DNA of 64,000 bases, taken from contig CM120645.1 of the NCBI GenBank assembly GCA_051362555.1, positions 13,702,001 through 13,766,000 of the forward strand. The letters run 5' to 3'. Position numbers and translations under genes: made by a program. Shown here in pieces: positions 63,201 to 64,000 of the stretch. The notes beneath the pieces are model-generated. The model was given only the letters and a program-made list of their open reading frames with translations, had not been told where the DNA came from and did no database searches. Every line of letters begins with the position of its first letter. Position 1 is the first letter of the stretch. The stretch is from Lingula anatina (lineage: Eukaryota; Animalia; Brachiopoda).

Positions 63201-64000
63201 AAGGATTTCTTAAGAGTTTGCAGAGCGTTCGCAAGAACAGTTCTGGAGGGTTTGCAGCAAATTTGCAAGATCTTCTAGTGAATTTGCAGAAAATTCGCAA
63301 GAACAGTTCTGGAGAGTTTGCAGCAAATTCGCAAGAACTGTAGTGGAGAGTTTGCAGCAAATTCGCATGAATGGTTCTTGAGAGTTTGCAGCAAATTTGC
63401 AAGAAACCTGTGACAGATTCCCTTTTGTCATGCTGATTAAGTTTGTGGGGAGTTTGCAGCAAATTTGCAAGAGACTTAATTTACATGGTAAATTTCCTCT
63501 TGCAAATTTGTTGCAAATTTGCAGCAACTGTTTGCAAGAAGCCTTAAATTTTGCTAAGGGGCGCGCCCGCCCCTTAATGTGGTAGTACTTACCTTGGACT
63601 GACACAACATCCAGCATTTCATCCACATCCCTCGCGATCGTATAATCTCTCTGAAGAAGACTGTTGCTGTCTCCTATTTGGATGTTGTGGCTTTGGTTGA
63701 TGCTAATTGTCTGTATGTTTGGATTAGTAAGTTTGCTTGGCACTGGAAAAACCAGGTCATAATAAATTAATCATTCAACAGCATATCCATTCTTATTTGA
63801 AATAGATTCATGTTTGTCCTGCTGCACTGAATTGGACGGCACTCAATTTTCATATAAAAAACACCTCTCTGTCATTTGCCTACCTTCCACCGGTCCCCAT
63901 GATTCTTGTCGGGTCTGATTCACAACCACAAGCTCTAAAACATCATTGGTTTTCTGTCCTAAGGCAAGTAGAATTTCTTCATCTTCTATTTCTGCTCCTT
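49299..64000 (-). CDS. Paralog 4: CIDE-N-like/RHIM/ankyrin-repeat gene, 5' part beyond the window
   Basis: Exons >64000-63884 (exon 2, partial), 63742-63593, 53032-50499, 49885-49783, 49414-49299. All visible exons are open; intron 3 is enlarged by a 9.4-kb insertion. Confidence 0.85.
50499..53032 (-). CDS. Paralog 4 exon 4: ankyrin repeats plus inserted domain
   Basis: 2534 nt, the same length as paralog 3 exon 4; ORF 50484..53009. Confidence 0.9.
55150..55600 (+). repeat. ~41-bp minisatellite inside the 9.4-kb element
   Basis: Units AGTTTGCAAGAAACTTAGACAATTACTTACAGTTCGCGATA. Confidence 0.85.
60047..60200. repeat. CT-rich polypyrimidine microsatellite
   Basis: Interrupted (CT)n. Confidence 0.9.
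63593..63742 (-). CDS. Paralog 4 exon 3: RHIM exon (TISINQSHNIQIGDSNSLL)
   Basis: 150 nt, near-identical to paralog 3 exon 3. Confidence 0.82.

Larger units (their letters stand above)
54138..63566. mobile_element. 9.4-kb TIR DNA transposon (CACTA/EnSpm-like, no transposase seen) in intron 3 of paralog 4
   Basis: Perfect 19-bp TIR GCGCGCCCCTTAGCAAAAT / ATTTTGCTAAGGGGCGCGC; CCG duplicated at 54135-54137 and 63567-63569; the empty site TTGATCCGCCCCTTAATG is in paralog 3 (~41191); dense TTTGCA/TGCAAA subterminal arrays at both ends. Confidence 0.9.

Overview
AT-rich animal (invertebrate-like) genomic DNA with spliceosomal introns. Its backbone is a head-to-tail tandem array of four paralogous minus-strand genes, each with six coding exons. 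Splicing them by hand gives a CIDE-N-like domain (exons 1-2), a RHIM motif ([IV]xxSxxIQIGDSN, exon 3), a long ankyrin array with an inserted, fast-diverging ~80-aa non-ankyrin domain (exon 4), and a short C-terminal tail (exons 5-6). Copy 3 is intact (about 1053 aa). Copy 1 has one in-frame nonsense codon and copy 2 a 7-nt frameshifting deletion. Copy 4 carries a 9.4-kb TIR transposon in intron 3 and runs off the window. The CIDE-N + RHIM + ankyrin architecture is the main candidate for an undescribed innate-immune or cell-death signalling system. Between the genes lie many, often nested, transposons: a young intact Ty3/Gypsy element with TA...TA LTR ends and a possible self-priming PBS, Harbinger-, CACTA-, Kolobok-, IS3EU- and Helentron-type non-autonomous elements, an L2 LINE tail, a Tc1 relic and a tRNA-derived SINE head. 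All domain and family calls come from motif recognition by eye, not database searches.
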